NCBI GenBank assembly: GCA_003971905.1
Contig: RSEE01000021.1
Coordinates: 310,001-374,000, forward strand
Direction: 5' to 3'
DNA from: Moniliella sp. 'wahieum'
Lineage: Eukaryota
Length of the DNA stretch: 64,000 bases
Part shown: positions 1 through 14,500 of the stretch, in pieces
Position numbering within the stretch: the first letter of the stretch is position 1
How the letters are laid out: each line of letters begins with the position of its first letter
Program-made: the position numbers and the translations under genes
Notes under the pieces: generated by a model
Databases searched by the model: none
Seen by the model: the letters and a program-made list of their open reading frames with translations, nothing else
What the model was told of the DNA's origin: nothing

Positions 1-775
1 CGAGATAATGACCTTTTGGGGAGCCGAAGCCATAAATACGCGACCCTGAGGCCGGCAGGGTCTGAGGCTGCTGGACCATGCACCCGGGCTGTACCTGCTA
101 TGTACGTCATGCATCAGTACTCCATTGCCTCTCTAGTTGCCAGAGGTGGAGGATGGCAGCGACGATTGCGTCACTAGTCACCCAGTCACTGGGCCCTGTT
201 GCTGGCTGGGCCCGCAGTGCCACCACCCACCACCGGCACCCCGCACCACGCTGAGCTCAGCCGCCAATCATCATCATCAATCACCACAATCACCAATCAA
301 ACGCATAATCACTAGATCACTCGCCAACATGCTCAAACGGAGCCGAGTGGCGTGGCGGGAGACCCGGTGACGGTGACGTGGGGCGTGGGAGGCGTGAATG
401 TGACTGGCGAGCCAAGCTGGCAGCTTCGCGTGGCTACCGGTGGCTGATGTCGATGGCCACGGGGGCAGTGTTGGGACGCGGTTGCCTTTGTCGCATGCCA
501 CGCCCGCCTCCCTATCCGTCTCTGGCTGCGTCAGCGGCATCCCATCCTCCCCGCCTCGCCTCTCCCGCCCGCTGTCCTGCGCCTCCGCCCGCCGAGCCAA
601 GCCATCGCCCATCTCGCCCGCCTCGCGCCCGCCCCCGCCCGCTTCTCGCCCGCTCTTCGCCCCCGCTATTTTGGGCCTTCGTATATATCTGTCCGCGTCT
701 CTGCCCTCCCTCCCCCCACCGACCGCTTCTTCCCCCGTCTTTCTTCCTGGCCTCTCCCTTGCCCCAGCGAACAAC

Positions 776-2085
776 ATGGCTACTGCAATCTCGGCCGCCC
801 CTGCGCCATCCGACGCCCCTCCCCGTCCGCAAGTCCCCTCCTAACAATAACCTCACCTCCGCCGCCGCCGCCCACGCCAACTCTTCCCGCCCCTCGGCGG
901 CAAACCACAGGACTGCTGCCGCTCCTGTGTCATCAAAGCCACCCACAGCCGGCGGCTGTGTCCGCCAGAACCTCGTGACCCGTACTATGGCTTTGGACGT
1001 ACGTTTTGCCTCCTTTTCCTTGCCCCCTCCGCCATCACCGTGCTGTCTGTACACTGTGCTTGAACCCGAGTTGCTGACCGTAGTTCGTGATGCATGGTGC
1101 AACAGGCATGTCCCTTTTGTCGGAGCGGTTGATCAACATTCTCTTTGGTTGTTCCAGTACCAGTACGGAGAGGCCTCCAGCGCCCTCGGAGGCTGGATCT
1201 GCACAACGTCCTGTGCCCCCGCCTCTTGCCAAATTTGTGGCGTATGCGCTGTACCGCACCCGCTTGCCCGAAGCAGTAAGCTACCACGCCCTGTACCTGC
1301 TCATGCGGTTGAAACAGTACTTCCCGCAAGCACGCGGCACGTGTGGCCACTCGCTTTACATTAGCGCCCTGATGTTGGCCAGCAAGGCGCTGTGCGATGA
1401 CACGTACAGCAACAAGAGCTGGACCATTGTTAGCCAAGGTCTCTATTCGCTCACCGAGGTCAACCATATGGAACGCGAACTGATTGGCTTTCTCAATTAC
1501 AATGTCAACGTCGACCCGTTCCAGTTGCACCAATTTATCCAAGCGCTTTCCCACCCCTCTGTCGACTTGGTCCAGTATCTCCACCGGGCTTGTATTGCGC
1601 GCTCTTGTGCCTCGCCTTTGCCCCCAAGCCCTGCCACGACCGCATCGGACCTGCCATCCTCTCTTTCGGAGCGTTCGCAGCATGGCGTGAGCTGTAGCCC
1701 GGCGGCGCGCTGCGAGGCTCTCTCGACCCAACCTGCGTGTGGCGCATCGACCCCACCGTGCGCGGCACAAAGGGAATCCAACCCGTCACACCAGCCAGTC
1801 TCTCACCTACTACCGCTGTGAAGCTCCTTGCTATTACCCTGCCGCACCGCCCCCCGCTGCCTTGGCCCATCACATTCCTTGGTCCACGATGCAGAGTGGG
1901 AGTTGAGCATGTCGGAGATGCCGCGCCTGTCGTGCTCTTCGGCAGCCAGCAGCACTTCGGGACTGAGCAACCTGGAAATGCTCTCGCCGTTGGGGCACCA
2001 GGCCGTCGTTTCGGCACCGCACGTGGCCGGATATCCCGCGCAAGGGCTTGCCAACGCTGCGGTCCCAGCTGCCAAATCGCCTTAG
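776..2085 (+). CDS. Pho80/Pcl/Clg1-type cyclin (cyclin N-terminal fold), intron ~999-1083
   Basis: Core FVAYALYRTRLP...HSLYISALMLASKALCDDTYSNKSW...EVNHMERELIGFLNYNVNV in ORF 1087-1821; TATATA at 683 and ATG at 776; GTACGT...CTGAC...TAG intron; low-complexity tail split by indels, so the end is approximate. Confidence 0.85.
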
Positions 2086-5000
2086 CCTACGTCTCCATAT
2101 GCCGCATGGGACCCCAGCAGGCATTCCCTCGACTTGGACCCAGATCGCTGGGCATCTCGTCCGGATCAACTTTGCCTCGTTCCTGGGCACCCATACGTTG
2201 CCTCACGTATCGATGTTCTGCCTTTCATTACCCTCGCACTGCGCCACAAAAACAAACGTCGTACAGCGACCCTCAGCACTCGCATGCCAAGAACTGGTTC
2301 CCTTGGTTTTGCTGAGGCTGTTTGCTTTTCCCTGTTGCGGAGCAGATGGGCACGACGGTCGGTGTCCCTTGAGCCTTTGGCGCACAACACAAACGTTGTC
2401 CGTTTGCACAAAGCCGGTGGGAAGGCATGGCGGCCTCCATGAGGGGGAAGGCAACCATTCGTGGCTGTTTTGCCTTCTTTCCCAGTCGGCCGGGCAGGCA
2501 TTAGCATCGTGCTCCGTGCCCCACGTCTCATGCCTCATGCGCCGCGCCAGGCTTCCATGGCAGGTTTGCGTCGTTCGCGTTCGACCGGCGTGCCAAGTCG
2601 ACGGGCCAAGTCGCCTTGTGGCTCTGCGTCGTCCTCTTTTGGTCTGGGCGTGTATGGCGAACGAGGTGCGTGGCACAACCCACGCTCCTTACGTGCTTGT
2701 GCCCCTGTCCGTGTCGCATATCAACTCGGCAGGAGCAAGCGCGGGCTGGCTACCTCTGCCGGAAGCCATCCCAACGGAATCCATTTCTCAAAAACACTGT
2801 ATATGCAAGTGAGTGTTATGGAGAGACGATACAGGTGCGCTGCTGGAGATGGTGATAGTACGATCTATATGTTTGGGTGCAATGAGCCTACTTAGAATCG
2901 ACACCTTGGAGGGTGGATGGCAAGCGCGCCAGATCCCACTTATCGGACGGCCTTGCCGCGCGAGGGAAGCGAGGGCAATGCACAGAATAAACATATGCAT
3001 CCATGATTTGCGCGCCCTCAGTGCATCAGGCATGCCGCTCAGCGAAACAACAGGCACGCTCGCCGTGCAGAGAGGGTGGGGGCCAAAGCGGGTTCTCTCA
3101 TCGGATCCTGTTCCCCCAGCCTTGCTTCATCTTCGCTCTACCCTTTCTGTTGTGGGCAAGTGCGGTGGGCCTGCCTATTATGGACGAACGTTCGCGAGAG
3201 GATTGACGTTCGTATGTGCCCCGGCAGACTGCAGTAGGAAGAAGCGAATGAAGCGAACGAAAACGACACAGGAACGCATCGTCGTCACTTGACCAGCTTG
3301 ACCCTCCCCCATTGAGGGTGGTAACGGGAGTACCGCGAACCACAACAGTGGCGTCGCCATGTGGCACGCGAGGAAGCCACGCGATGCCTTTTCGGGTTTC
3401 CAGCCGGCCACCGTTCGGCCAGAAGAGCAAGTAGGGTGAGTGGCTCGGCATAAACCACGTGTGCACGTGTGCACTTCCTCCCATCGTCGGTGCGCTCAGG
3501 TGTGTCTCCCTGTTGGTCTTGTCATGTCGGCGACACAGGAAAGCAAGACGCCGACACGGATCAGGACGTCGGGGTAGAGACATGCGCTGCACGGCATCTT
3601 TGTTGTACATATTGAACCGTCCTGGGTTTCTGTCGCCTCCAGCCTCCACAGGTTCAAGCCGCCGGCCGAGCGTCAGCGCGTCAGCCTTGAAGGTGCCCTT
3701 CCGTCAAGCGAACCACAGAAAGTTCAGAGGAGAACGCTCGGCCAGCGTTCACACTCCCAGCCTACGCACAACTGATTATGTTCCGTCAGCGACCTCTCCC
3801 ACTCCGACCTTGTCCTTGCATTCTCGTGTCATGCATGTCAATGTCACACATAGTTGGAGGAAGTATACAAGCGAATGTAGAGGTGGGCCCAGGAGAGTGT
3901 GTAATAGTAGTAGCCACGCAGATGGGGCTTGTTGTGCCTGGTGCCAAGGGTGGAAGTGGGCAAAGATGTTGAGGCCGCTGTGCTCCCTGTCAGAACCGAG
4001 TTCGGACTTGTCTTTGCCTGTCGGGGTGCTCAGGACGGGGGAGCAAAGAGAATGTGTTGCTCACGATCCGCGAGAGAATCGTCCAGACGAACGCGGCCTA
4101 TAGTTCGGTGGCTGACGTGCCGCAACAGTGCCACAACGCCCAAGTTATAATCGCGGCGAGGCGAGGAGCGTAATCCCCGGTAACCCCGCCCGCGCCAATT
4201 CACCGCGGCGCGTCAGCCTGACAGCTCACGCTGAGCCCCCGGAGTGTAAGCCAGCTTAGCACCACTGCATTGCGGCCAAAGCCATCGTCTCGGAGGCGGA
4301 GAGGGCGGGCTTGGGTTCTGACGCCTCTCTGATGTTAACCTGGAATGACGCATGGGCCAATTCGCACCAGTGCTATGAAAGGGATGATTCGATGATGATC
4401 CGCTGTTGCTTGCCTGCGCTGTGCATCATGCATCGCTGTGTGCGTATTGCCATGGCGCTAGGACCTCACTCACTCAACACAGGAGAGAGGCGTCTGGCGA
4501 GACAGATAGATGACATCTATCGCCGGCACCGACCCGAACTAGCGTCAGCGTGCCATCAGCGGGATCGTGGTTGAGAACTGCGGCGGTCCGATACACCCGA
4601 GTAAGCCAATCTGTGGGCACTCGTCGTGCTCATTCTGATGGTCCGTGCACAGCTGGAACGGCGGACGGCCTGAAACCAACGGCAGGCGTTTGGGTGGGGC
4701 GATGCTTTTGCGTTTGCTCGAAGCTTGAAGCGTCTAGACGAGATGGCATCTGGAGGCCAGGGCGCTGGAGCAGCTTGAAATGATTGAAACTTGCCATGCC
4801 CGAATAAGCTTCACGCGTCACGCTAGGCGATGGAGTGGATCCACGGGTGATCAAGGAGTACTAGCTACTGATGATATCGAAGACTGAGCGCACTGAGCCC
4901 ACGGCATACGTGGGCGCACGGGCCACCTACTTTGCCGTGGAAGACCGCGCATTGCATCTCAGCAGTGTGGGACAGTGCAAGCATCGTGCATCGCCGGGCT

Positions 5001-6121
5001 GCGAGAGCAGCAGTGCGCCCCGCCAGCCCCATGCGACGCATCGCGCGAGCGCACCCATCCCGGTGCCATCTGCCCCTCTCTCTCGGTGTGGAAGGACACA
5101 TAATTGGACATTACATGTGCCCAGGTGCCAGTCCGACAGGTCAACCTTGTCACGCTCCCCACGGCTTCTCTAAAGATCTGGGTGAGGCAGCAAGAAGCGT
5201 GAGATCTGAGACTGAGATCTGGGAGGCTACCTGCCCGGGGGGCGGTGTCATGCCGCTCATGCCATGCCGTGTGCCGTCATCTGCTTAATATTAATCGATC
5301 ACATATCGGCAACCCCAACGAGACCAGTCCCGTCTTCCGCTGTTGACCGTTGACCCCACAGCCCAGCGCTGCCCCCCCACCAGCCCCAGCCACGGGAGGC
5401 CCAATCCCCAGTCGCCAGCAGACACAGCCCCCGGTCCGCCTCCTGGCCAACGTCAGATCCGCCGACATGCAGCTAAGTACGTGTAGGCCTCCGTACCAGC
5501 CCGAACCTGCCGGCTCCGCAGTAACGCCGTTCTCAGCAGCCCGAGACGCAAGCGCCCAAGCACCCACCCACCCATCTCTTTTCTCCACACACCCGCCCCG
5601 TCCGTCACCAGAGCTCCGTGCCAGCATGGATCCTGGGCCAGCGACCCATGATGGATGATAGATGATGAATGACGCGGCGACCACCCACACAAAGCTCGCA
5701 GCTAGCAACCAGTGTAGCCACCTGTACCCGCGACAAGGCGCCTCGCCGGCCTTTCCGCGCTTAACCATATCCACGCCCCATGTGCGCCCAGGCCACCGCC
5801 CTGCTGCCTGGCGGTATACTGATCATCCATCACCGGCATCACACCCCGCTCGCTGCTCCATCGGCTGACATGGATCCCCCCAATGAGCACGGCGTACTCA
5901 GTGGCTCGGGGGCTCGACGGCCTCTGCGTCGCACAGTGCACTCGTGCCCCCCCGCCCGGCCGACGTAGCACTGCGCGCCCACACACCTCTTGCGCTCTCC
6001 CTGTTGGCGTACTTCCCCGGGCATATATAACCCGACGTTCTTCCCCCCTTTCCGTTCTTCTCCTCACCCCCCCCCCCCACACACACCTTCACCTCCCTCT
6101 TCTCCTGCTTCTTCCCCCACC

Positions 6122-7340
6122 ATGTTTGCCTCGCGCATTTCCCAGATGAAGGTGCTGGCGGTCCTGTACAAGGGCGGCCAGGCTGCCATCAACCAGCCGC
6201 GCATGTTGGCTGCGGCAGAGAATTCGCTGGGCCTGCGCTCGTGGCTCGAGGGCCGCGGCCACGAGTTTGTGGTGACCGACAGCAAGGAGGGCCCCAACTC
6301 GACGTTTGCCAAGGAGATCAAGGATGCCGACGTCTCATCACCACCCCGTTCCACCCGGGCTACCTCACCCGCGAGTTGATGGACACGGCCAAGAACCTCA
6401 AGATTGCCATCACTGCCGGTGTCGGCTCGGACCACATTGATTTGCCCGCGGCCAATGAGCGCAAGATCACCGTCGCTGAGGTCACTGGTACGTTTTCCCT
6501 TTTCCGCGCCGCAAGCAGAGTCGAGGGGAGGAGAATGAGAAAAGAATGCCGAGCTGGTACACCTGTTTGTTTACCTTGGTTGGCTTGGATTGATCCACTG
6601 CAGGCTCCAACGTCACGTCGGTGGCCGAACACGTGGTGATGACCATTCTCAACTTGGTCCGTAACTTTGTTCCGGCGCACAAGCAGATTATCGATGGCAA
6701 GTGGGACGTGGCAGCCGTTGCGCAGGACTCGTACGATTGGAGAACAAGGTGGTGGGTACGCTGGCCGCCGGCCGGATCGGGTACCGCGTGTTGCAGCGTC
6801 TCAAGCCGTTTGACTGCAAGGAGCTGCTGTACTACGACTACCAGGCGTTGCCCAAGGACGCTGAGGCGGCTGTCGGCGCGCGCGGGTGGAGGACCTGAAG
6901 GAATTCTTGTCGCAGCTGGACGTGTTGACGATCAATGCGCCGCTGCACGAGGGCACCTACCACTTGATTGACAAGGAGAAGTTGAGCTGGATGAAGCCCG
7001 GTGCGATCATTGTCAACACGGCACGGGGGGCGATTGTCAAGGACACGGATATCGCTGAGGCGGTCAACTCGGGCCGGATTGGCGGGTAGGAGGCGACGTG
7101 TGGCCCAAGCAGCCCGCGCCGGCAGACCACCCATGGCGCAAGATGCAGTCTCACACGGGCGCTGGCAATGCCATGACGCCGCACATGTCGGGAACGTCGA
7201 TTGATGCCCAGGTGCGCTACGCCGCGGGCACCAAGGAGATCTTGGAGAACTTCTTTGATGGCAAGCCGCAGAAGCCGGCCAACGTCATTGTTGCCGGCGG
7301 TTCGTACCAGACCAAGGCGTACGGCGAGGGCAAGGCTTAA
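6122..7340 (+). CDS. FDH1: NAD-dependent formate dehydrogenase, intron ~6488-6603
   Basis: [73 protein letters not shown] across frames; TATATAA at ~6024; several 1-nt indels. Confidence 0.96.
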
Positions 7341-8432
7341 ATTCCCCTCTAGCCCTATCAACAGCACAAGAAACGCCCGCCTCCGTGCGGCAGTCGCACC
7401 TCCCCATCGCAGTGGGTGCCGTGGCAACCACCATTCGTACGTAATGAGGATTGATGACGGTCGACGTCGATGGCAAGGTCTTCTTTGCAATATCAACAAA
7501 GCGTTCTAGTCCATTCAGACGGGTGCTATCTGGCGGGAATGCGGGAAATTTTCTATAGGGCCAATGTGGCAGTTTGTGGGCGAGTGGCAGTGCAGTGGGC
7601 GACGTTGTGAGCTTCCCTAATGCTGTGCTGGGGGATGGATCGGAACGCACAGGGGCTGCATTCAGGCCCATCACTTGACAACCACCTTCCTATCGCTCAT
7701 CATCAAAAATCGCATATAATGCCTGCCAGCTGAGATCTTCCTATCTAGATCCTGAACTGTGTTTGACGCTGCCGTGGGAGAAGGGTTTCCCCGTGCGCCG
7801 ACCCCGCGAAGACGATTGATCAATGCTTAAATGAGACACAGTTGGCAAAAGCTACAACAAAGGGGAGAAAGCCATGCAGGAAGGGGAAAGACAGCCTTTG
7901 GTCAACGAGCAAAAGGCGCGGCTAGCTCACTGCTTTGCACCAAGGCGAGGCGTCAGCATCAGCTCAGCTTGTCGACGTATAGGGCAGGTAGAAGCAAGTC
8001 CTTTCCAAGTCCCCCCTACCTCGCCAACAGTCCGCATACAACCTGGCACAGAAACAGGGAACGAGGCAGTGTTCGCCCCACAGCAGCAGCGATCTTGAAG
8101 CGTGCAAGGCGGGGGGGGAGAGAAGACCGCAGGCATGGAAGGCAACCGTTATTCAACGCCCGCCTCATGTCCCGATCCAACGAGGGCCGTAGGAGGGAAC
8201 ACGTTTCGGAAATAACAAAAAAATAGTCTTCCCCTGGCTTCCACCCACCGGGGCTGGCACACTCCAGGTCCACACGCCTGACCGACTCGTCCCTTGTCCG
8301 TGTACCTAACTGCAACAGCAGTGGAGAGGTCGTTTGAGGCACACGGCAAAGCCATGGACACAATAGTGACGACAGGAAAGAAAATTCATCAGACAAGATG
8401 AGGGGGACTCCCAAGGGGGAGAGGGGCAGGGT

Positions 8433-10136
8433 TCATGACAAGATATGAGACGCGAACCCCGTATCGGGTTTGGCATTGAAGCGAATGACCATGACCGACA
8501 TATTATCGGTAGAGAAGTTGGAGAGGGCGTGCTGGAGTAGGATCTTGGCGGCCTCTTGTGCGTCGTCCACGTGGCGAATCAGATCCACCGCCTCTTGGTC
8601 CGACGTTACATCCCACAGACCATCGCACGCCACAATCAAAAACGCATCCTTCTTGCTCAACGTGGTCTCGGTTGTGTACGGCATGCCAACCACAAACTCC
8701 TTCATGCTCGTGTCCCCCAAGGAGCGGTCACTGCAACACGCCATTTCCCCGGATTCATCACGAACCCACCCGCCTCCTTGATGCGTGCCGTCTCCTGCTG
8801 GTCGGAGCCTTTATGGTCATACGTCAATCGGACCGCCCGCCCGCCGCGCGATAGCACTGCCCTCGCATCCCACGTTGGCCGTGTAGAGAACGCGGCGAAC
8901 GGAGACCCCAGCAGCACCGGGTCAAGGGACGTGGCAAGGCTGAATCCGACAGGTCCTTGTCCAGGGCAGGGCGGGGTCGAGGAAGACTGGGCAGCCTGGG
9001 GGGCACTCGAGATGGAGGTTGTGCGATGAGAGCGCCGGTTGGCGGCCACCGGACCTGCGGCGAGCGACGTGAGAAGTCTTGGGCTTTCCGTCGTCCACCA
9101 CTCCACTTCGGACACCGAGGCGATGCCTGCTCCGTTTGCTCGGTCCGAAACCCCGCCACCGTCGACGCGTCCTTCACTTCGGGGGAACCGAGGCGCCGCC
9201 AATAAACGCTAGCCCCTCCATCCCCTCCTCGGGTAAGATGCCGCCCGAGTTGGGACCGGCAATAGGTACGCCCTTGGGATCTTCCAAGCGCAAGAAACAC
9301 GCGACGGCCGTGCACCCGGACGAGGTGTGGGTACCGCGGGCGAGTTGGGCCAGAGCGGCATCGGCACTTTGGAATGTAGCGTTCAACACATCCGGCACCG
9401 ACTCGGTGGGTCGTTGGGCCAGCTGGTCACGAAAGAGCTGGGTGCGGCGCGCGAGGTCAGCAAAGCGGGAACACAGCAACAGAGGGGGAACGAGGGCGAT
9501 GAGCCCAACGTACTTGGTACAGGTTCTGGCCGCACCACTCGGCCGACGCCTTGCCCGCATGGCCGTCGTACACGCCAAAGAAGCCTTGGCCATGGACGCC
9601 GCCAAAGTCGTAGACGAAGGAGTGGGAGTCCTCCATGGTGCGCCGCCAGCGCTTGTTGCGGTCTTCGACCACGCCGATGCGGAAGGGGGCGGGGGCGTCG
9701 GCGGCGCGGGGGGCGAGGGGGGCGGCGGACGGGGCGGCGGCGGCCATGGAGAGCGGGCGGCCAGCGGCGGGGCTTTGCTGGCTTTGCTGGCTGGGCGGCG
9801 CAGCAGGCACGGCGACAGGCTCTCGGGCGACAGCACATGCTCCAGCACCTGCTCCCGCCTGCTCCGGCACCGGCCCAGGCGGCCCGCTCGGCTCTGCGTC
9901 GCCCGCCGCGGCTGGCGGAGTCCCGGGGGCAGACGCAGGGGCATCGCATGCATCCACGCGCGACGACACTCGGCTGCCAGCAACACGGGTGGTGGAGCTG
10001 GGAGCGCGCGCCCGCAGCAGCCAGGCAGCAGCAGCGTGCCCAGCTGCGCGCCCCGCACCGCGCCAGCCTCCGCCCCCCCTCGCTGCAGCTGCTGCCCCCG
10101 GGCATGCGTCATCGCATCACCCATCCCCATCCTCAC
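8433..10136 (-). CDS. PTC1: PP2C-family Ser/Thr phosphatase (Ptc1-like)
   Basis: [81 protein letters not shown]; start uncertain; introns and indels. Confidence 0.88.
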
Positions 10137-10335
10137 ACATGCCCTGTAACCCTACCGCCCCCGCCCGACACCGGCTGGGATGGGTGCACTGCAGCACGGC
10201 GGCTGGGATCACATGCATGGTCACATGCCGCGTGTGCGTGCTGCAAGTGCGAAGTGCGCATCCTCACACACTGTGTTGGAGGTCAAGTGCAGCTGCATGG
10301 CGGTGGCCAATTGGATGCTCGCACAGAAAGGATGG

Positions 10336-10359
10336 TCACCGGTCACCGGTCACCGGTCA
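10336..10359. repeat. Tandem (TCACCGG)3-TCA array, example of the TCA-palindrome-TCA motif
   Basis: Direct reading; upstream of the PP2C gene; same unit at 17321, 22284 and 46536. Confidence 0.9.
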
Positions 10360-11572
10360 CTGATCTTGCGCGCGCTACGCTGTCCCCGACGTTGGTTTCC
10401 TGTGTATCCCTGGGTGCGATCCGGGAGGTGGTGCTTCGTTGCGTGTGGGTGGGATTTCGGCGCTGTTTGATGGAAAAAAGTTAAGTCCTGGGGCCATCTG
10501 CATAACGGGTCTGAGCTCACCACGAACTAGAGATCTCTTCCTCGGCAGCTCCATCTCGGGCAAGGGTCTGCACAGAAATGTGGTTGAGTCCCACATCACC
10601 GGCCTCTCCGTCATGATGCATGAGCGCCATGAGCGCAGGAGTGTACAAGGTTCCACTCAGGCCGCCGTAACTAGCTTAACTGTGGGCTAAAGCTGTGGTA
10701 CTCTGGTCGTTGCGCTCGTCGGATGATAGTGCCACCGAATTGTCACAGTATCCATCATGTGGCATTAGTCGCCTCGGGCTCGTTTACCTTTCTCTTTCTA
10801 GGTTGCCGTCATGGCCACCGCACCACGCTCTTCCTCGTACCCCGTTCTTTTCGTCTATTGCGTTGTTGCCCGTTTAATAGTTCCCTCGGTCCAGTGCTTC
10901 AGCAAAATGGATCGTGGTTTTCTCCCCCACACGGTCCATTTTGACGTCTTCATCCTACAAGGGAGTCACAGAGTATAGCGGGAGCGGATTGCTGAGACCC
11001 ACAGGCTTCAATGGGACTCGCAGCCTCAGTGCAGGAGTGTCATGCCACTTGCTATTGCTTGTAAGCAAAAGGAGCACTCTTTTACTGTTCTTTAGTACTG
11101 CGGTAGTCTTCATATATTCGCAGCATGAAAAGTAGACTCGGACCTCTACGTAAATGTGACACACGTGCACGGGAGAGAAAATGGTCGACACAGTATAGAC
11201 ATTTGACGGCACAATCAACAATCAACATCACCGAGAGATATAAAGGTGAAGAGGAGGGTCGACAATGAGGTGAAATTGACACAAAAAAGTATATAATATA
11301 AGAACAAGAAGCTACCCTAGTCGGACGAGAGAAATCGAACAATCCACTGACCAAGGCACGGCTGGTAGTAATAAGAAAAGGGAGGCCTGTCGGCGTCCGC
11401 CCTCATTGTACAGCGCCTAGACATACGCCACCAACATCTGGGTTGATACCTGGGACGGCTGAGTCGCACCTTCGGATCCTAGCTCATAGCGAGGCACCTG
11501 GAAAGCGAACCTTTATGGGCAGAATAAGTGCCCTCTTGGCAGCCGTAATAGAGGGGAAAGGTAGGGGCCTTT

Positions 11573-14500
11573 TTACACTCCCCGCCGCCTTGTTGCTGGG
11601 TGTGAGGCTTTGAGTTGACGAATCAACTCATCAGCTTCGGCGTCCGAGTCATGCTCTTCCTCTATCGGGCGCGCTGAGCGAACCAACAGACCGTTTCGTC
11701 GGTGAGCCTGTTGGCGCTTAGGAGGCAGTGCTGGGTTTTGACCGGGAGAAGGCTGTCGCGTGGATGGGTTGAAGAGCCAGAGGTACTTGGGGCTGTCGCA
11801 GCTGCGACTTCGTCGTTGACCATCACCCGTTGGCCATGAGTACTCTGATCCTCTTTGGTTGGACTCGAGCTCGCCGATGGGGAAAGAACAGGAGCTTGGG
11901 CCACAGGGACAGCTGCTTTCGTCGGGATAGCCGGAGGTGCTCGCCCTCCACCACGGCTTGTTGCGCGGCGCTGAGGAAGCTGAGAAACAATGCGACGGGG
12001 AGCAGGCTGGGGGGTGCCATGTCTGACTTGTGGGGTGCAGCCTCCACAGATTCAGTCTCCATAGCTCCATCCTTTAAAGGTCCAACCTCTACAGGTCCAG
12101 CCGCCACAGGTCCAGCCTCAGCAGGTTCAGCCACCGCCACCAACCCAGTAGCCACAGGTCCAGCCTCCACAGGCCCGGCCCCAGCAGGCCCAGTCTCAGA
12201 AGGGAGAGGGTTGTTGTTGGCGGGAGCATGCTTGAAGGGAGGGAAATGCTGGGCCGAAATAGAAAACTGGAGATGGTCCAGCCGTTGATGTACTGAAGCC
12301 GAATGAGTACTCTGATCTGCCTTTTTAGTGGGACTTGACCCGCCGATGGGGGAAGAACAGTAGGAGTTTGGGCAACAGGAGCAGCTTTCATCGGACCAGC
12401 CGGAGGCGCTCTCACACCACCACGGTTCGTTGCGCGGCGCTGAGGAAGTCGAGCAATGATGCGGCTGGGGGCAGGCTGTGGAGGCGCCACGTTCGACTTG
12501 GGGGATCCAGACTCCACAGCGCCAGCATCCGCATGTTCGGTCCCCTCCGCAGGTTCTGCCTCCGACGCTGGCTCAGCCTCCGCAGGTTCTGTCAGAGGAA
12601 ACTGATCCAAATTGCAGGTCGGTTGGGGTTTCGGCAGGACGGAGGTCTGGGGGACCGACGACGGTTGTTCCAGCCCAGCCAGAGGAAGCTGAGTCGCCTT
12701 GGGGACCGGAGTGGGCGCCAGAGAGCCATCCTTTGCTTCCTTCGCATCAGCGACACCCGCCATCAAGCCCGTCGGGGGGACTTGTTGATCCTCTGTCTCA
12801 ACGACGTGGTGACCCTCACCTGATGGCGAAGCGACTGGTACGTCGGCCACCGTGGGCACCCTCACTGGCTCAGATTCTTCCACGGTATGATGAGTCAGAG
12901 AAGGGTTGTGACCCTGGTGCTGCTGCGGAGGAAAGGAAGCTTGAACAACGGAAAAAGGCTCGGTCGGATCGGTCCCAGCTGCAACGGAAGTGGTGGTGTG
13001 GTCACATTGCTCGTCCAGATCAAGCTGGGCCACGGCTTCGGAACCTGACTCTGCTCAGCGGATGGACCAGAGAATGCGATAGGAACATGACTGGCACAAG
13101 CAGCAACCATGTGGTCGTCTTGAGACGGACCAGTAATTACCCCTGAGGTTTTTGGCTCCGCTGAAAGTGATGCGCAACCCTTTGGATCATTGGGGTCCTC
13201 AATGGCACTAGAGGTAGTCCGTCAGTTAGTACTTGTGTTCAACAACATATATGTTGGGGCCAGGCACGTACCTTGCAATGGGAAGGAATGGAGGCAGCGG
13301 AGGGAAGATGGGCTCAGTGGGAATGTGGGGAACTTCGTTGTTGGCGAGCTGAAAAGTAGCGGTGTAGCCGGATTGAATCCCGTCAATGACACCGGCGTTG
13401 TTGGTGCCCCTGATTGCTGTGACGCCCGCCTCGACTCCTTCTTGGATCCCAATGGTGATGGCTTTTTGCAGTATGGCTTCGAGATTGGCCGGGATGGAGA
13501 AGGCATCGAGGGGGGGGTTCGTCTGGAACGCTACCAGGCTCTAAAGGCAAAACTGGCTCGGGAACAAAAGTGTTCTCTGCGGCCACACTGGACTCCGGCT
13601 CCGATGAACCGACATCTAGCGCCGGAACGATGCAAGTGTTCTTGACGGTCACATCACTGTGTTCGGGGTGGTATCAAGCTCCGATGAGACGACAACTGGC
13701 TCCGGGACGATTGTGGCCGTTGGACCACAGCAGCACTGTCCGGGTCCATACTTGACTTCAGGGGGAAGACGGGGTCGCGTAGGATTAAAGCCACACTGGC
13801 AAGAACTTCCCTCGCATCCGCCAGGTAATCATCTGAAGAGAGTTCGGCCTTCGCTTGGGCACCCACGACCTCCTGGTGCCCGCCTGACTCTGCGTTGGGA
13901 CGTGTGGACCCCGTTCCGACGGCGGGGACCTCCGGATCCCACTGCTGGTGTCCGTCCGCGCGACTCGCCGGTTCCGAGTACCAGAATGGTGGGACTGCGG
14001 GGGCGGCGGTCCGGGAATAGATGCCGTACGTTAGAGCCAGGAGGGTCGTTGTTCCGTCCAACAATGAGCTCATCTAGCTGGGGCAAATCGTAAAGCCGAG
14101 GCTTCAACTGTGGCCCCAGGGTCAGGGGCAGGGGGGCAGGCGCCACACTCTGGTCAGGCGAGAGAGGTGAAGGAGAATCACTCGAGCTCGCCGGACGTGG
14201 GTTCAGGGCAACACTCCGATCGCTGGGACGAGGTGAAAACACACTCGAATCCAAGAAACGAGGGGAGGGTGCCATTATCGGGCCATGCGGACAAGGGAAA
14301 TCAGACTCAGCCGGCTTCGCCGGGCGTAGGGACGGGGCGACACTTCGACCGTTTGAACGAGGTGAAAACACACTCGAATCCAAGGGGCAAGGGGAGTGGG
14401 CCATGATCCGGCCATACGGACGAGGTGCGGGAGACTTGTTGATTGAACTCGCGGCACGAGGGAGGAGGCTGCACTCTTGTCGCTGGGACGTGGTGTGGCT

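Noticed and set aside
2100..5900. Hidden gene in the 3.8-kb gap between the cyclin and FDH
   Set aside because: No protein-like ORF or consistent splice pattern that I could support.
11564..11583. GCCTTTTTAC resembling U5 loop 1
   Set aside because: No convincing U5 stem or Sm site; it overlaps the orphan gene stop.
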